Assembly (NCBI GenBank): GCA_002633005.1
Contig: NMRA01000362.1
Span: forward strand, 62,001-126,000
Length of the DNA: 64,000 nt
Direction of reading: 5' to 3'
DNA from: Phoronis australis
Taxonomy: Eukaryota > Animalia > Phoronida
The notes under the pieces are model-generated. The model made no database searches. It worked only from the letters and a program-made list of their open reading frames with translations, and was not told where the DNA came from. Shown here piece after piece: positions 26,968-38,400 of this stretch. The position numbers were made by a program, and so were the translations under genes. Every line of letters begins with the position of its first letter. Position 1 is the stretch's first letter.

Positions 26968-29900
26968 TCATTGACGTGAATTTGAACGTAACAGAGTTTT
27001 GGGTCCAGGTGCGAGTGACGGTAGACCGGAGTTTTTCGGAAAGTTTATTTTGAAAAATGTCGCTATCGCTGGTAATTCGTACTCCGCATCTTCTTCAAAG
27101 ACCCCGGCTACTCCGTTACCGAATGCACCGATGTAGTAGGAAATGTTTTTCTCGGAAGACTGGTCGCCGTGTAAAAATTTAAATCTATAAAAGGAGAAAA
27201 TAGCACAGTTGAGACATTAATTTAACACAGCCTAGTGTGTAGCCCTTACGTATGCCTCTACATTAAGTGCAGTTGAACCCATGTTAAGCTGAGGCACATT
27301 CCGTAACTTAACATAGTTGCTTGTGAAAGCTACAGAGTCACGTGATTTGCACGACGATGACGAAGGATGACTTCCGTGACCTCGCATATTTCGCAAGGCA
27401 TACATGTATGGTAGGCTTACTAGCTAGACGTAGCCCACAAAAGAAACGATTCAACAATATTACACATCTACGCATACTAAGATCAGATTGCACATAGATC
27501 ATCCGTTGTGTTGATGACATATATCCCATAGGACTTAGAGGGAGCCAATTAGCGGTTGCTTGCAACACTCGCAAATAGAGGCTCAACAAATTTTCCTGAA
27601 TCTTTCGCATGTTTGTGTCTTTCTTTACTCGCAGATGTAATATTTATCTTGAGCAGCTCCTCTTTCGGTAATGTCCCTTTCTAATAATATAACAAAAACT
27701 GAACTCTTATTCCAGAGAAAATCAATAGACATTTGGTCCTTGAAATAGAGGCGTTCCATGAAAATATCCTTACTTATTTTCAATAATATTCATAATTCAA
27801 ATTACCAAAGTTAAAAATTGACTTGGTTATAAAACTTAAGCAGCACAATAAAGGGCACTCATTGTTATCACGAATCCACTAATACATAGGCGCAGTGTGA
27901 GATTTGGGAAGCTTAGCTGAATCCGTATTTGGGACTCTTCCACGTAACCCGGTCCGGTAGACCCCTTACGGACACAGCCAAAAACACCGTGAGCGTCATT
28001 TTTAGAGCTTAAGAGGAATTTTCCTTTGAACATTGTGGTTTTGCCCTACACTTACGACTTCCTAGATCTACCATTTACTGCTGTTTCATGAAGGCCGGTG
28101 TGTCATACGTGAGACTTGTGGATATAGACACGCCAGGTCGTTTTGAAGCCTGCGGTTTGTGTTGCTTAGCACTGAGTTGAGGTCACTTATTTTGAACCGA
28201 CTACGTTAACTATTCACGCATTTGCGTCAAAAGCAATGCAAAGCCCCTTTAAACCAACCTGTATCTATAGGATGAGCGGTTCTCAAGTTCCCCGTATTGT
28301 TCTAAGAGTAGTCGGGCTTCCAGAGGTATGGGGTTTGTACTGTTGGGCTCATAGCTCTGTAAATGATATAGAAATCGATATTACAATAGCAAAGACAAGG
28401 ACCGATTTAGGTCACAGAATTACATCCTCCACCACTGACGCGGCAACAAACAAACAAACAAAGGAAAAGACGTCGCCAGCATGCTGATTTTAGGCCGTTT
28501 CCACCGAAAATCGCACATAGATTCCCCAATGCGTCGGTGCCTTCGAAAATAGCTAAAACTCAATCCGACAACTCTGAAAATCCACGTACCCACTCTTCCG
28601 AGCGCCACGGTCAGCGAAGGTATAGAATTCAAACCAAGTTTAAAAACCAAATGCAAAAGATTAAAAAAAGGAGACCCAAAGTTTAACGATTTCAACAATA
28701 GAGGTCGGACGCATAACGGGGGTGTGACCAGTGTTATAGTAGTGTTTTATAACGAAATGGAGCTTAGTCGAATCGGATATATCAGCTACCTATTACAAAC
28801 AAAAGAAACGCGCACCAATAAAAAAACTTTTAAATTTCCATGCAAAAACCAGTTTGTTAGTTTCGATCGGCGGACATGCCACTGAGCGAGGTTGGTGATG
28901 CACATTCACCTGTGGCTATAACGTAGGTGCCAAGCTAAAACTGTCAGTTAGGAGATATTGATCACTTTCGCAGAGATCAGCAACGTATGCTACATGAGGA
29001 CCTATGGCCTTGTACAGATTAGTAAAACTTGATTGACAACATAAACTTACTTTTAAGGCAATGGTTCCGTCCTCAAGTTTGACTAGACAATATGACCTAT
29101 CTCTATGGACAGCCTTGAAGAAAAATTCGCACCCACTTTCCTTGGCTGGTGTCCACAATGGCTCGTGAAACACAAATAAAGCTGGAGAGAAAAAGGAAAA
29201 CGAAAATAAATACGTAGGTTTCATATAATATCAAAAAGTATGACTTACAAGAAGCTACTTGCGAGGGTGGAGGAACAGTCCTTTATAGTATTCCTGCCTA
29301 ATAGGCCTAGTTGTTGTAGACTTTATAGATCAGTACACGCAACAGTATCTCATGCGCACACCTAGCTTTCAATATGGGGGGCTCGAATTATTGAGGTGGA
29401 GACCTTTTGGTAACAAACAGGATGGCGGGCTAGAAAAAAAGCGTGGCACCACTGTGAATGGTGCGTTTGCACTTGTTTAGTGGACTTTTGTCTCATTTTC
29501 TTTTTGTTTCTCCGGAGAGGCGGACCTTTTAGCCCACTTCGCTCCCCTGGGTGCGCGCATGTAGCCTACTTACCATTACAGAACAGGCGTGCGTTCAGTA
29601 GACGCTAGGACCTACGGTAGGACCTTGCTAAAACCTAGTCAAAGTCACGTGTTCTTATTTAAAATACACGGCAATATCTCACGTAATCTCGCGAAGTCTT
29701 GCTTTTTAGCGAGGTCCTAGCGTTACTGAACGGGAGGCAGGACTCAGTGCTCAACACTGAGCCACCGCCGCATTCAGTCCTATATACTGCACATGTCAAC
29801 TTTGTGCTAACGTTTCATTGTTAAAGCTCACCGACTTTTAAATAAAGATTATTACTACTACTACTACAGGTAACGAGAAACGCATTGTTTTTAGAAGAAA

Positions 29901-31254
29901 GACTTGAGTATCGTGTCGCTATATGCTAATGTTACACTTACTGTTTTCATCGAAAAGGTAACCCATGGCATCTACAGACAGCAGTCCTGGGCAAAGTTCC
30001 TCGGCCGCGATACGAAAGCAACCTCCTTTGACATTTGACTGGTCGCATCTCAGTTGAATAGTATCCTGATAGTAGGGCTGTAGACAGATTCATAAAATGT
30101 CGTCATATATTTGTCTACTCAACGAAATACTCGAGACAGTCACGAGGTACGAGCCTACTCGGGTCAACCGCTATATCGAATACTCACCGAACAGGTCAGC
30201 GCCTACGGCGAATATTTACCAAGCCGTAAACCGTGGGAGTGTGAGAAAATTAAGAGTAGGCTACTAATCACGTGCGAGATATTACCTGAACGTTCGTTCG
30301 CAAAACATGGGAATTAGTTCACGTGATTCTAGGTGAAAAAGCACGATATTTTGAAATACCAAAATGAAATTACATGTGAATACATGTCGATGTCAAATAA
30401 TTTGTTGCGGAAAGGTTTCGAGCCGCATCAACGACATGTTTTAAAGGCAATTACAAATATTTCAAGTTTACGTATAGGCTATATAATTTCCGCAGAAATA
30501 GGCCTAGAGACTCAGCTCTGCCACCATGGGCCTAAATACGCGCATTTACAGTACCCGAGTCCTCCAAGCGGAATTTGCACATGACAACATCAAATTCAAT
30601 CACGGGACATACATACGTACATGTACATATACTAACTGTACTTACAGTGGGGATTTTGTTTTCACTATGGCTCAGCCTGTTCTCTCTTAACACACGTACA
30701 TGTGTGTTCTTGACGAGCCTTCTGAGTTGCGACAGGCGCATCGCAACGAGCGGGTCTTCGTCATTGGATACGTAAACCATATTCTCCTGAGTGAAAAAAA
30801 ATGAAGATTGATTAAGTTACTCCAACCTACGTTTTGCACTGCAGCATGTTCCGAGCATTGTAGTCATAGACATCTTAACTTGTGATGTCTATCATTGTAG
30901 TATTCTCTGCGAACGAAACTACATATAGTATGGCAATGACCGGCACGTGCTCTTATTTCAGAATCTACTCAGCAATGAATTAACTCGGCACCTTCGCGTG
31001 CAAACAATGGCGAGATATTTACCGATATAATCGTACCCTGGTAATGGAGTATCTTCAAAGTTAATCGGTAATATGTATCAATATCATCGCCTGCAAGCAA
31101 CCCCCCCCCCCTCCCCACCCACCTCTTCCCTTACCTCCGGTTGCCCGTCCACCACATCTGATCCAGTATCCTTCACACACACAGCGTCGGTCACTAAGGC
31201 CACATTCCAACGCCGCTTACGTTTTGTCGCTGAACGCGAGTTTTGGCCGAGCAT
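26968..31254 (-). CDS. Leaderless IL-1-like (beta-trefoil cytokine-like) protein A, 7 coding exons, about 265 aa
   Basis: Exons 31254-31221, 31090-31023, 30786-30646, 30077-29942, 29181-29051, 28149-28079, 27184-26968; all GT-AG, total 798 nt, no internal stop. C-terminal part: PYYQDTIQLRCDQSNVKGGCFRIAAEELCPGLLSVDAMGYLFDENTLFVFHEPLWTPAKESGCEFFFKAVHRDRSYCLVKLEDGTIALKASKRPGVSISTSLTYDTPAFMKQQFKFLHGDQSSEKNISYYIGAFGNGVAGVFEEDAEYELPAIATFFKINF. The gene itself is well supported. The IL-1/FGF assignment is by-eye motif and intron-position inference; exons 1, 2 and the exon 6 donor are less certain. Confidence 0.7.
29351..29561. mobile_element. MITE, copy 2 of the 16576 family (intron of IL-1-like gene A)
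   Basis: Termini catgcgcacacc / gggtgcgcgcatg; shared internal ggactttt...gcccacttcgct. Confidence 0.65.
29590..29732. repeat. Short inverted-repeat element
   Basis: cgttcagtagacgctaggacct ... aggtcctagcgttactgaacg. Confidence 0.6.
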
Positions 31255-31313
31255 GATAATCTATTATGTCAGCTTAATCCACAATTCTGAACTCATTCAT
31301 TCTAAGCGCCACG

Positions 31314-31321
31314 TTTATATA
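31314..31321 (-). promoter_or_regulatory. Candidate TATA box of IL-1-like gene A
   Basis: TATATAAA on the minus strand about 60 nt upstream of ATG 31254. The implied first exon ends at a strong AAAC|gtaagc donor (31221). Confidence 0.55.
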
Positions 31322-31393
31322 GCACTTTAAGTATTTAAATCAATCAAAAAACCTGTTGAATCTCGGGGGCTAAACAGAAAGTGCCCAAGCAAA

Positions 31394-31404
31394 GGGGATT
31401 TCCC
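31394..31404. promoter_or_regulatory. Consensus NF-kB (kB) site
   Basis: GGGGATTTCCC fits GGGRNWYYCC on both strands and lies about 75 nt upstream of the TATA box. Confidence 0.55.
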
Positions 31405-33275
31405 GGTCACGTTGCCCAATATCTTGTGATCGCATTTGGATTTCTCTTCCAAAAAAGGTTTGGCAATGGTTTGCGAGAAGATCATTGGTTCGAGTTGGTC
31501 TTTCACATCCAATCCGTGCTATCTCATTTGTCAATAGCTGGCAAATAGGATGTTCCGCGAATGAATCGAAACTGACCCAATGACCTTTCACTGTGACCTG
31601 GGTAGATTTCATACAGCTGTGTCTGAAAGAAAAACACTTCTAGCCTCAACACCAAGGCCAACCCGCGATCGAGAATGACCGGAAAGCGATCGAGAACGAA
31701 ATTTTGCGCGAGAAGTGAAGCCAGGCGAGAGATATATGTTAATGTGATGAATTTCCGTTGTTTTTACTTCCATTTGAATACAGAGACATTAGTTCAAGGC
31801 CGGGCGTAACACAGTGAGGAAGGGTAGATAGAGGTTTAGGCTAGTGTCTCGGGACCCGAAAAGTTGCGTTGCCTCGAACGAATTTTATTTTCATTTCAGG
31901 AAAAAAGCTCATGGCTATTGTGAGGAGAGCTTCATGCCACCCACGATGTGAAGGTACACCCTACCAGGGTTTTGAAATGTACAGGCATCTACTTTTAGAC
32001 GAAACCACTGAGAACAAGGGTTTCTAAACTGAAGACTCACCCAGGAGTTGTTCCGTGTGGCGTGTCAATCAGGGGTAAACAAATTGTTGCAGCACCGAGA
32101 TGAAACCTGGGATTGTAGAATCTTCTTGTAAGATTGTGACAGCAAAAGGAAAAAAAAACAAATAGACAGTGAAGTCAAAGAATGATGATGAGCTTGCTCA
32201 TGGGAAGAGAAGGGAATGTGGCAACACTTCACGAGTTGATTCAAAGACTCCCACTCATGGGACGTGTGGGATCTAAAAATTGGCCAGAAGTTGCATAATC
32301 TGGTGTGCTGATAAAACGGGTGGGATTTTACTTGATGTCTTACTGATAACATCGATACAGAGACGACCAGATTTACTTATAGCACCCGTATGTTCCGTCT
32401 CCGATTAAAACCCTTTTCACAACTGTAAAGCTTCCTATGATTTCGTTAAATGTCCTCTTGAAATACAAAATGGCCGGACTTGCAAAATACCTTCGTTATA
32501 AAAAGGCGATAATTTGAATATTTATTTGCTGGCGGCTTATTGTGACCGAAGTAGAGTCCATCGATCACATGAAAATTGCAGACATTTTCATGGTAACTAT
32601 TTTTTCTGTGTCATTATGATGTTCTTGAGAAAGCATGCGATGATTTTATGTACATCATAGGAAGCTTTTGAGACCTTTGACAAAAGTTCTTGGGAAATAG
32701 ATTGAAAAATATTATTAAAATCCGAATGAGTCTATGGCGTTTTCTTGATTTTTTAAAATAATAATTCTTCAAAATAATTCAAGGAGCAAAACTAAAATCG
32801 ATCTCTAAGTAGGCATTCCTTAAAACGTTATAGGATCCTTAGGAATTGCATCAGGGATAAAATGACGTCCTGGCTCGCTCTTCATCTTCAAGCCACTGTC
32901 TTCAGAAAGATGGGCTAGACATGTTGGTATTTCTATAATGGAGTCTGTTTATACCATAAGAATTGCTCTTGTTTAGGTAAACGAAAACTAAAGTTGACAA
33001 TGAAAACCACATCAGTTGTTCACCATGGCACGTTGTGCACTGACTTAAAGAATATGAAACAGCATCTTTATTCTAAGTCTTATGAGCAAAACTTCACCTG
33101 AAATTCACCATGAGAGTATTTCATACAAAATTAATTTATTTTTGTTAGCGTTTCGCGTGAAGTACAATATTGATAAAATCCAATTTGTGACTATTGACAG
33201 CAGACAGAGGATGGCCGAGCTGTCAGCAAGTTACTTTGTGATAACTGTCAGCGCCACTCAGCTGGCTTGACTGAG

Positions 33276-34088
33276 AAATATAAATATCAGGGTGGTATGA
33301 TTAATAAAAATGTATTGTGGGACGAGCATGTTGATAACGCGTGTAAACAAGTTTCTGAGTGGATTGGGCTTTTGTAGAGAGTCAACTGCTATGTCGATCA
33401 GCCCACTCTTCGGACTCTGTACGAGAGTCTAATTGTGCAGCACTCATATGTTGAGAATGGACTTCAGGAATTACAAAACAAGGCTGGGAGGCTGATACTC
33501 AACTATAGTTTCCCTTTGTAATGATTTTCCCATTATTGACACTCTCAATACAATTCGCTGGTGCAGCCTGGTTAGCAGGCGTGCCTTTTATTTATCTTTC
33601 ATTTAAACGTCAAGGTGTACAGTATAAAACCACACTTAACCATACGCCAAATTACCTCACTACTAAATTCAAAGCAATCAGAGATTCTAAAAATCACAGT
33701 ACTACAGCAAGTGTTTCTGTCTGCCAGCTGCCAGATAAATCAAAAAAAAATATGGCAAAAGAACATTTGCCTAAAGAGGTACTTTACATGTACAAAGGGC
33801 TGAGGACTACAGTCACGAAAGTACCCAATGTCCAGGTCTTCAAACAGTGGCACTTCTGTGTGCTGATCGGGACTGTAGGTCTCAGCTCGTCATTGTTATA
33901 CTCTATTTTATCTTTTTTATTCATCTAATAACTAATTTATTTATTTCATCATTCTTTTCAATCAAATTGTACGTATAGCTCTTTGCGTTTTATTTCATGT
34001 ATTTATTGCCGACTGGGTCTTACTACAGAGTATTCAGTGATCAACCAGTCTTTTAAAGAAGTTTAAATAAATAAATAAATAAATAAAC
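33276..34088 (+). mobile_element. Decayed 3' fragment of a CR1/L2-type LINE
   Basis: Translates to KYKYQGGMINKNVLWDEHVDNACKQVSEWIGLL*RVNCYVDQPTLRTLYESLIV...LQELQNKAGRLIL, the typical post-RT region, with a stop and deletions. Ends in a (TAAA)n tail at 34064-34087. Confidence 0.7.
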
Positions 34089-34974
34089 AATGTCACGTAT
34101 GGACAATACAGTTCCATTGGAAGGTAACGATTGTGTTCAACTTTGCCGGCCCAAGGCCGCCATTCTTTTTTATCATACTTCTACCTTGCACCCTCCTGTC
34201 GCCATCATTCTCGCGCCGTGACGTCGCGTGTTCGCATTTGCTAAACTGACGTGTTGCTGAAACTAAAGAGCGCGGAAAGTAGTTTGGCGTTCAATGAAAG
34301 GCCTGATACCACTTTAATCCTCAAGGTGTGTCTGTCCTCCGATTGTCCCTCGTCTATTTTGTTCCTTCATCAGGAACGAACAAGCCAATGACAGTTAAAG
34401 AAATCTTCGCACTCTCGGTCATTTAGAGCAATTCATATTTATGATTAACCAAGGGTTGAAATCTGGTGCGGCGTTTTCCTCCAGAACAATGGGATAACCT
34501 ATAAATTGTGTATTAAACGTTTAGAAATTCCAATGATTTGCCTTAATAGACTTAAAATCCTGAAAGCTTCATGCGTCCATGGTATGGCAAGGAGAAAGTA
34601 GGCTGGAAAGGGAATCAAATTCTAATAATACCTTGACTGAGATGAAACCTTTGAGAAAATGAGCTTCGTGTGAGCTAAATTTACCTTCCTTAAAAACTTT
34701 AAAATCTGTTCATACACTCTATCTTATTCTCAGTGGCGAACTTTTATTATCACTAAATGGTTCATTGTTTTAACTTGTATATTTCACAAAGCACATGTCA
34801 ACAAGACATTTCCGTCATGCAAATGAGTTCAAATACAGTATATGGGGTCTATAGGTTACACTGTATTCATAGGTAGACTCCTGTGATACATGTCTTGAAT
34901 TCAAATCGTTATAAATATCCTTTTACTTACCGGGTATACATCAGTGCATACAGATGAATGACATATTTGCATAC

Positions 34975-35119
34975 AGGGGCTGATCCAGGATTTGTTGAGT
35001 TAGGGAAAGGGGCAGGACTTTGGCCTTCAGATATTTGCACTCCCGAACTGCCAAACACATGTAGAACTCTGGTAGAATTTTAGGGGTGGGGGGCACAGCC
35101 CCTTCTAAATCCACCACTG
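34975..35119. mobile_element. Short GC-terminal MITE in the probable 3' UTR of the Ig receptor
   Basis: caggggctgatccagg ... aaatccaccactg, flanked by tgcata / ggcata. Confidence 0.55.
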
Positions 35120-35485
35120 GCATACATGTTTGTATTTGAGATGTTGAACAAGATATTCCATTTGTTTTTGGAAGATTCAAGGGCACCATAAGCTGACTAG
35201 TGTAATTTTTCTCACCTAAAGTGAAGTAACAACTGTCTAGAAAAATCGAAAGCGGATGAATCATTACTGAGATGCGTTTCATCGGCCGATCCCGGCCGAA
35301 ACAGATAACTAGTTCTAAGAAAGTCTCAATATGTCTTTTTAAAAATCGTCGTGAGTGTCTGCGTCAGTATGTTGGGGACGTACATCTCATGTTTCCTCTA
35401 TCCGAAATGCACGTATCTACAGCAACGCTAATCAATTATATACAGCAGTTCAAATTATTAATGGTCAAGTAGACCTTCTCCAAAA

Positions 35486-38400
35486 CTATCTTCTCTGGGA
35501 AGATTTCATCACAGTTTCGTATTCGCTTGGCTTGTCTCCCATAGTCGTTCCTTGTACATGTAGTTTAGCATAGTCTCCTTGTGCGCCTTTTGTGCTGTCT
35601 GCAAGTCCTTCATAAACAGGCGTTTGTGCCACATTGGCGTATGCCACGTCCACAGCTTCCTGACAAACAGGGGGTCCCACGTCGGAGTAGGCGCCGTCTA
35701 GAACCTGGTTAGAGTCAGACTCTACTTGCTTGTGTAGACCCAACGTTCCTATCCTTTTCAACATCATTCTACTTGGTCCAAGAGCGACACCTGTCAACAT
35801 GTGTGGATACAATGAAGTCATTCTGATAATAATGCTCGCACTTTCAATTCCTTAGACTAAGGACCAACCATTTCTTAGGGACATTTGAGCCTGAGACGAC
35901 AAAAAATTTAGAGAACACGTAACTGATGTATCACAAACCCAAAAGATACCTGTACTGTTCCTGATGTCGATTAGGATGTTTTAAATAAAACCATTTTGAT
36001 TGGAACATTAATGTTTCAAAGTGTGGCGCAAATGAATGTGATTTTAGTGTGAGTTTGGACTCAGTGCGAAGGAGTTTCTAAGATCATTTGCATATGCCTT
36101 TTGAATGCTCAGTGCGAAGGAGTTTCTAAGATCATTTGCATACGCCTTTTGAATGCTTTTTCGATGTAGATGTTTTCATACATGTATCCGACCGGTGAGT
36201 GAGGACATGTTTGTGTATCTACTATTAGATACATGTAGGTTTGCCAATAACGCAACCTCTTAAGCAGTATATAACATTTTGCTGCGGTATGCCACCGTGT
36301 GCGGTGCAGGTGATTGCCTTGGTTTTGTTTACGGTGCAGCTCAGTGCGATATTTTCTTTTAAGTGGAACAAGTACGCTAGTTCCTCATCTCTGTGATTGC
36401 TTGGTCAAATTGGTTAGAAACACAGCACATAGCGACGATGTGATTATGAAATAGGTTGAAAATTGCCGAATGTTTTTAAGAACAAGATTGTGGCGAAAAT
36501 GATCCGCTGCAAATCATCTAACTGTTTCGCGATGCTGGAGAACAACACCGCATGATGCAGGCTATGTGAGCACACAAGGTGCGTAATTAGTACAAAGGTC
36601 ATCTATTAGCAATTTTTTGTTTTCACATTTACGAGCTAGCAGTGAATACAACTGCACTGTGTTTAGTGTATATTATATTAAAATATTATAGTCGTTTAGT
36701 TCCTGCTCTACATTAGCAAATACATCTTTGTCATACAAAATGGTGAGGAGTACGGTTAATGACGCTTTAAGAATAAACAGCGTAAGGTGACCTTATTACA
36801 TGTACCTTAACAACAATTTTAGATGTCTCTTAGAATACAGGCCAAACAATTTAGTTGTAAGCTTGTAAAAACATAATGCATTATTATGCACAGTCAGAAA
36901 TTGGGTACAACCTAAGAAACATTTACCAAGCCTCAAAGTCAAATCCTCGATAGTAAGGTCTGCGAGAGATTGCGTTGTAATTTGCTCTCTTTCGAATGCC
37001 GGAGCGTGGGACTGCAGCCCAAACGACTCGAGTAAGTCTGCGACAGCATTGTCTACAAAAGCAAAACACGCAGTACAGCCACCAGGGATGATCATTAATT
37101 GTAATGTTTCCACTACAGGTATCATGCACCATTAGGAAGCTGAATATAACACGGTACGACCCCACCTGCCTTCTGTAATGGTGATTTTTCAGTTTTAATT
37201 ACAGGGAAGTGGGTGATGAAGAACCAACGCAAAAGAATAAAGACGCCATTCTGGAGTTCAGCGTCGTGCCAAATCAGTTTGAAACAACGCAAGTGCTGTC
37301 TTCCTCATGATAGTTTTTCATTTTTCCTATTTTATGATTATGCATCGAACACTTTGGTAAATATCCAGACAGAGGCAAAGAAAACCAAACTTGTCTAAGG
37401 CGTACTCCACATTAGTCGGGTTCACGGTCGAAATATCTTCACAATAGAAACACAAACTAAAACTCGTGATGATCTGTGGAAGAACTTGGAATATGTCCAC
37501 TCTGACAAATATAAATTAGCTACTACGAGTCCAAAATCTTTCGCCCTCTGTGCTACTCTCACTACGAGCACGAATATCTATAGTTGATAAAGATCTTTTC
37601 AGAGAGTTAGTCGATAGACAGCAGAGCGCCACGCAGACGCTAAAATAAAGCTACACATCACCTGACCACAAAATGAGGCCTTTTTGCTAATAAAATCGGT
37701 CTCGTTTATCGTAATAAGACGATCGGAGAATCAAAGATGCGTTTATAGTTCATTGGGATAGGCTAGCGCTAAAATCAGGAATTCTAAAATGAAGCTTCTA
37801 CCAGTTTCTACGATACGTAAAGACGAAATCTGTTTTCTTTGATTTAGCATCTTTTTGGCAGATAATTTCAAGGTGACATTCAATTTTAAAGCTGCATTTC
37901 GCTGCTGTTTAGCTGAGTCCTTTACAAATCCCATTTGATCTTGAATGAGAGTCGAATTGAAAAGCAACTCAAGTCACAGACAATCTACGTGTAAATACAC
38001 GCCATTTTCGATTTCGCAATTTTAAGGTTGGTTAAGTCTGATATGTTTTCTTGAGTTGATGATAGCAGGAATAGAATTCCATAATGCTAGGGAGTGTAAA
38101 GTGTCCAGTAAAATACATACCATGTAATTGGATTGTCGTTTTTAGCCGCCAAAACATAGCGGTATAAAGCTTTAATTAATAGAAAAAACATCCCAAAATT
38201 CATGAAAGTCCCGACGGCAAGAAACTCCGAAGATAAAAACATAGGCGGATTTAGGGGGGCAGGCCCCCCCCCTTGCCTGCCGCAAAAAAATAAAACAGCA
38301 AAAGGATAGGGAAATGTTGTGTTTATTAATTAACCCCGGTAATTAAAATTATACGGCTGAAACAAGATTTAAATGTGTGCAGTTTTAGTGTTGGGGGGCG

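Noticed and set aside
28056-28149. Selenocysteine reading of the TGA in an alternative frame of exon 6
   Set aside because: That frame needs a phase-1 entry, but the upstream exon ends in phase 0, and no SECIS was recognised.
31327-31622. Possible extra coding exon (acceptor-like site near 31622; track ORFs 31370-31612 and 31327-31512)
   Set aside because: No good donor or in-frame link to neighbouring genes; the region is better explained as the kB/TATA promoter.
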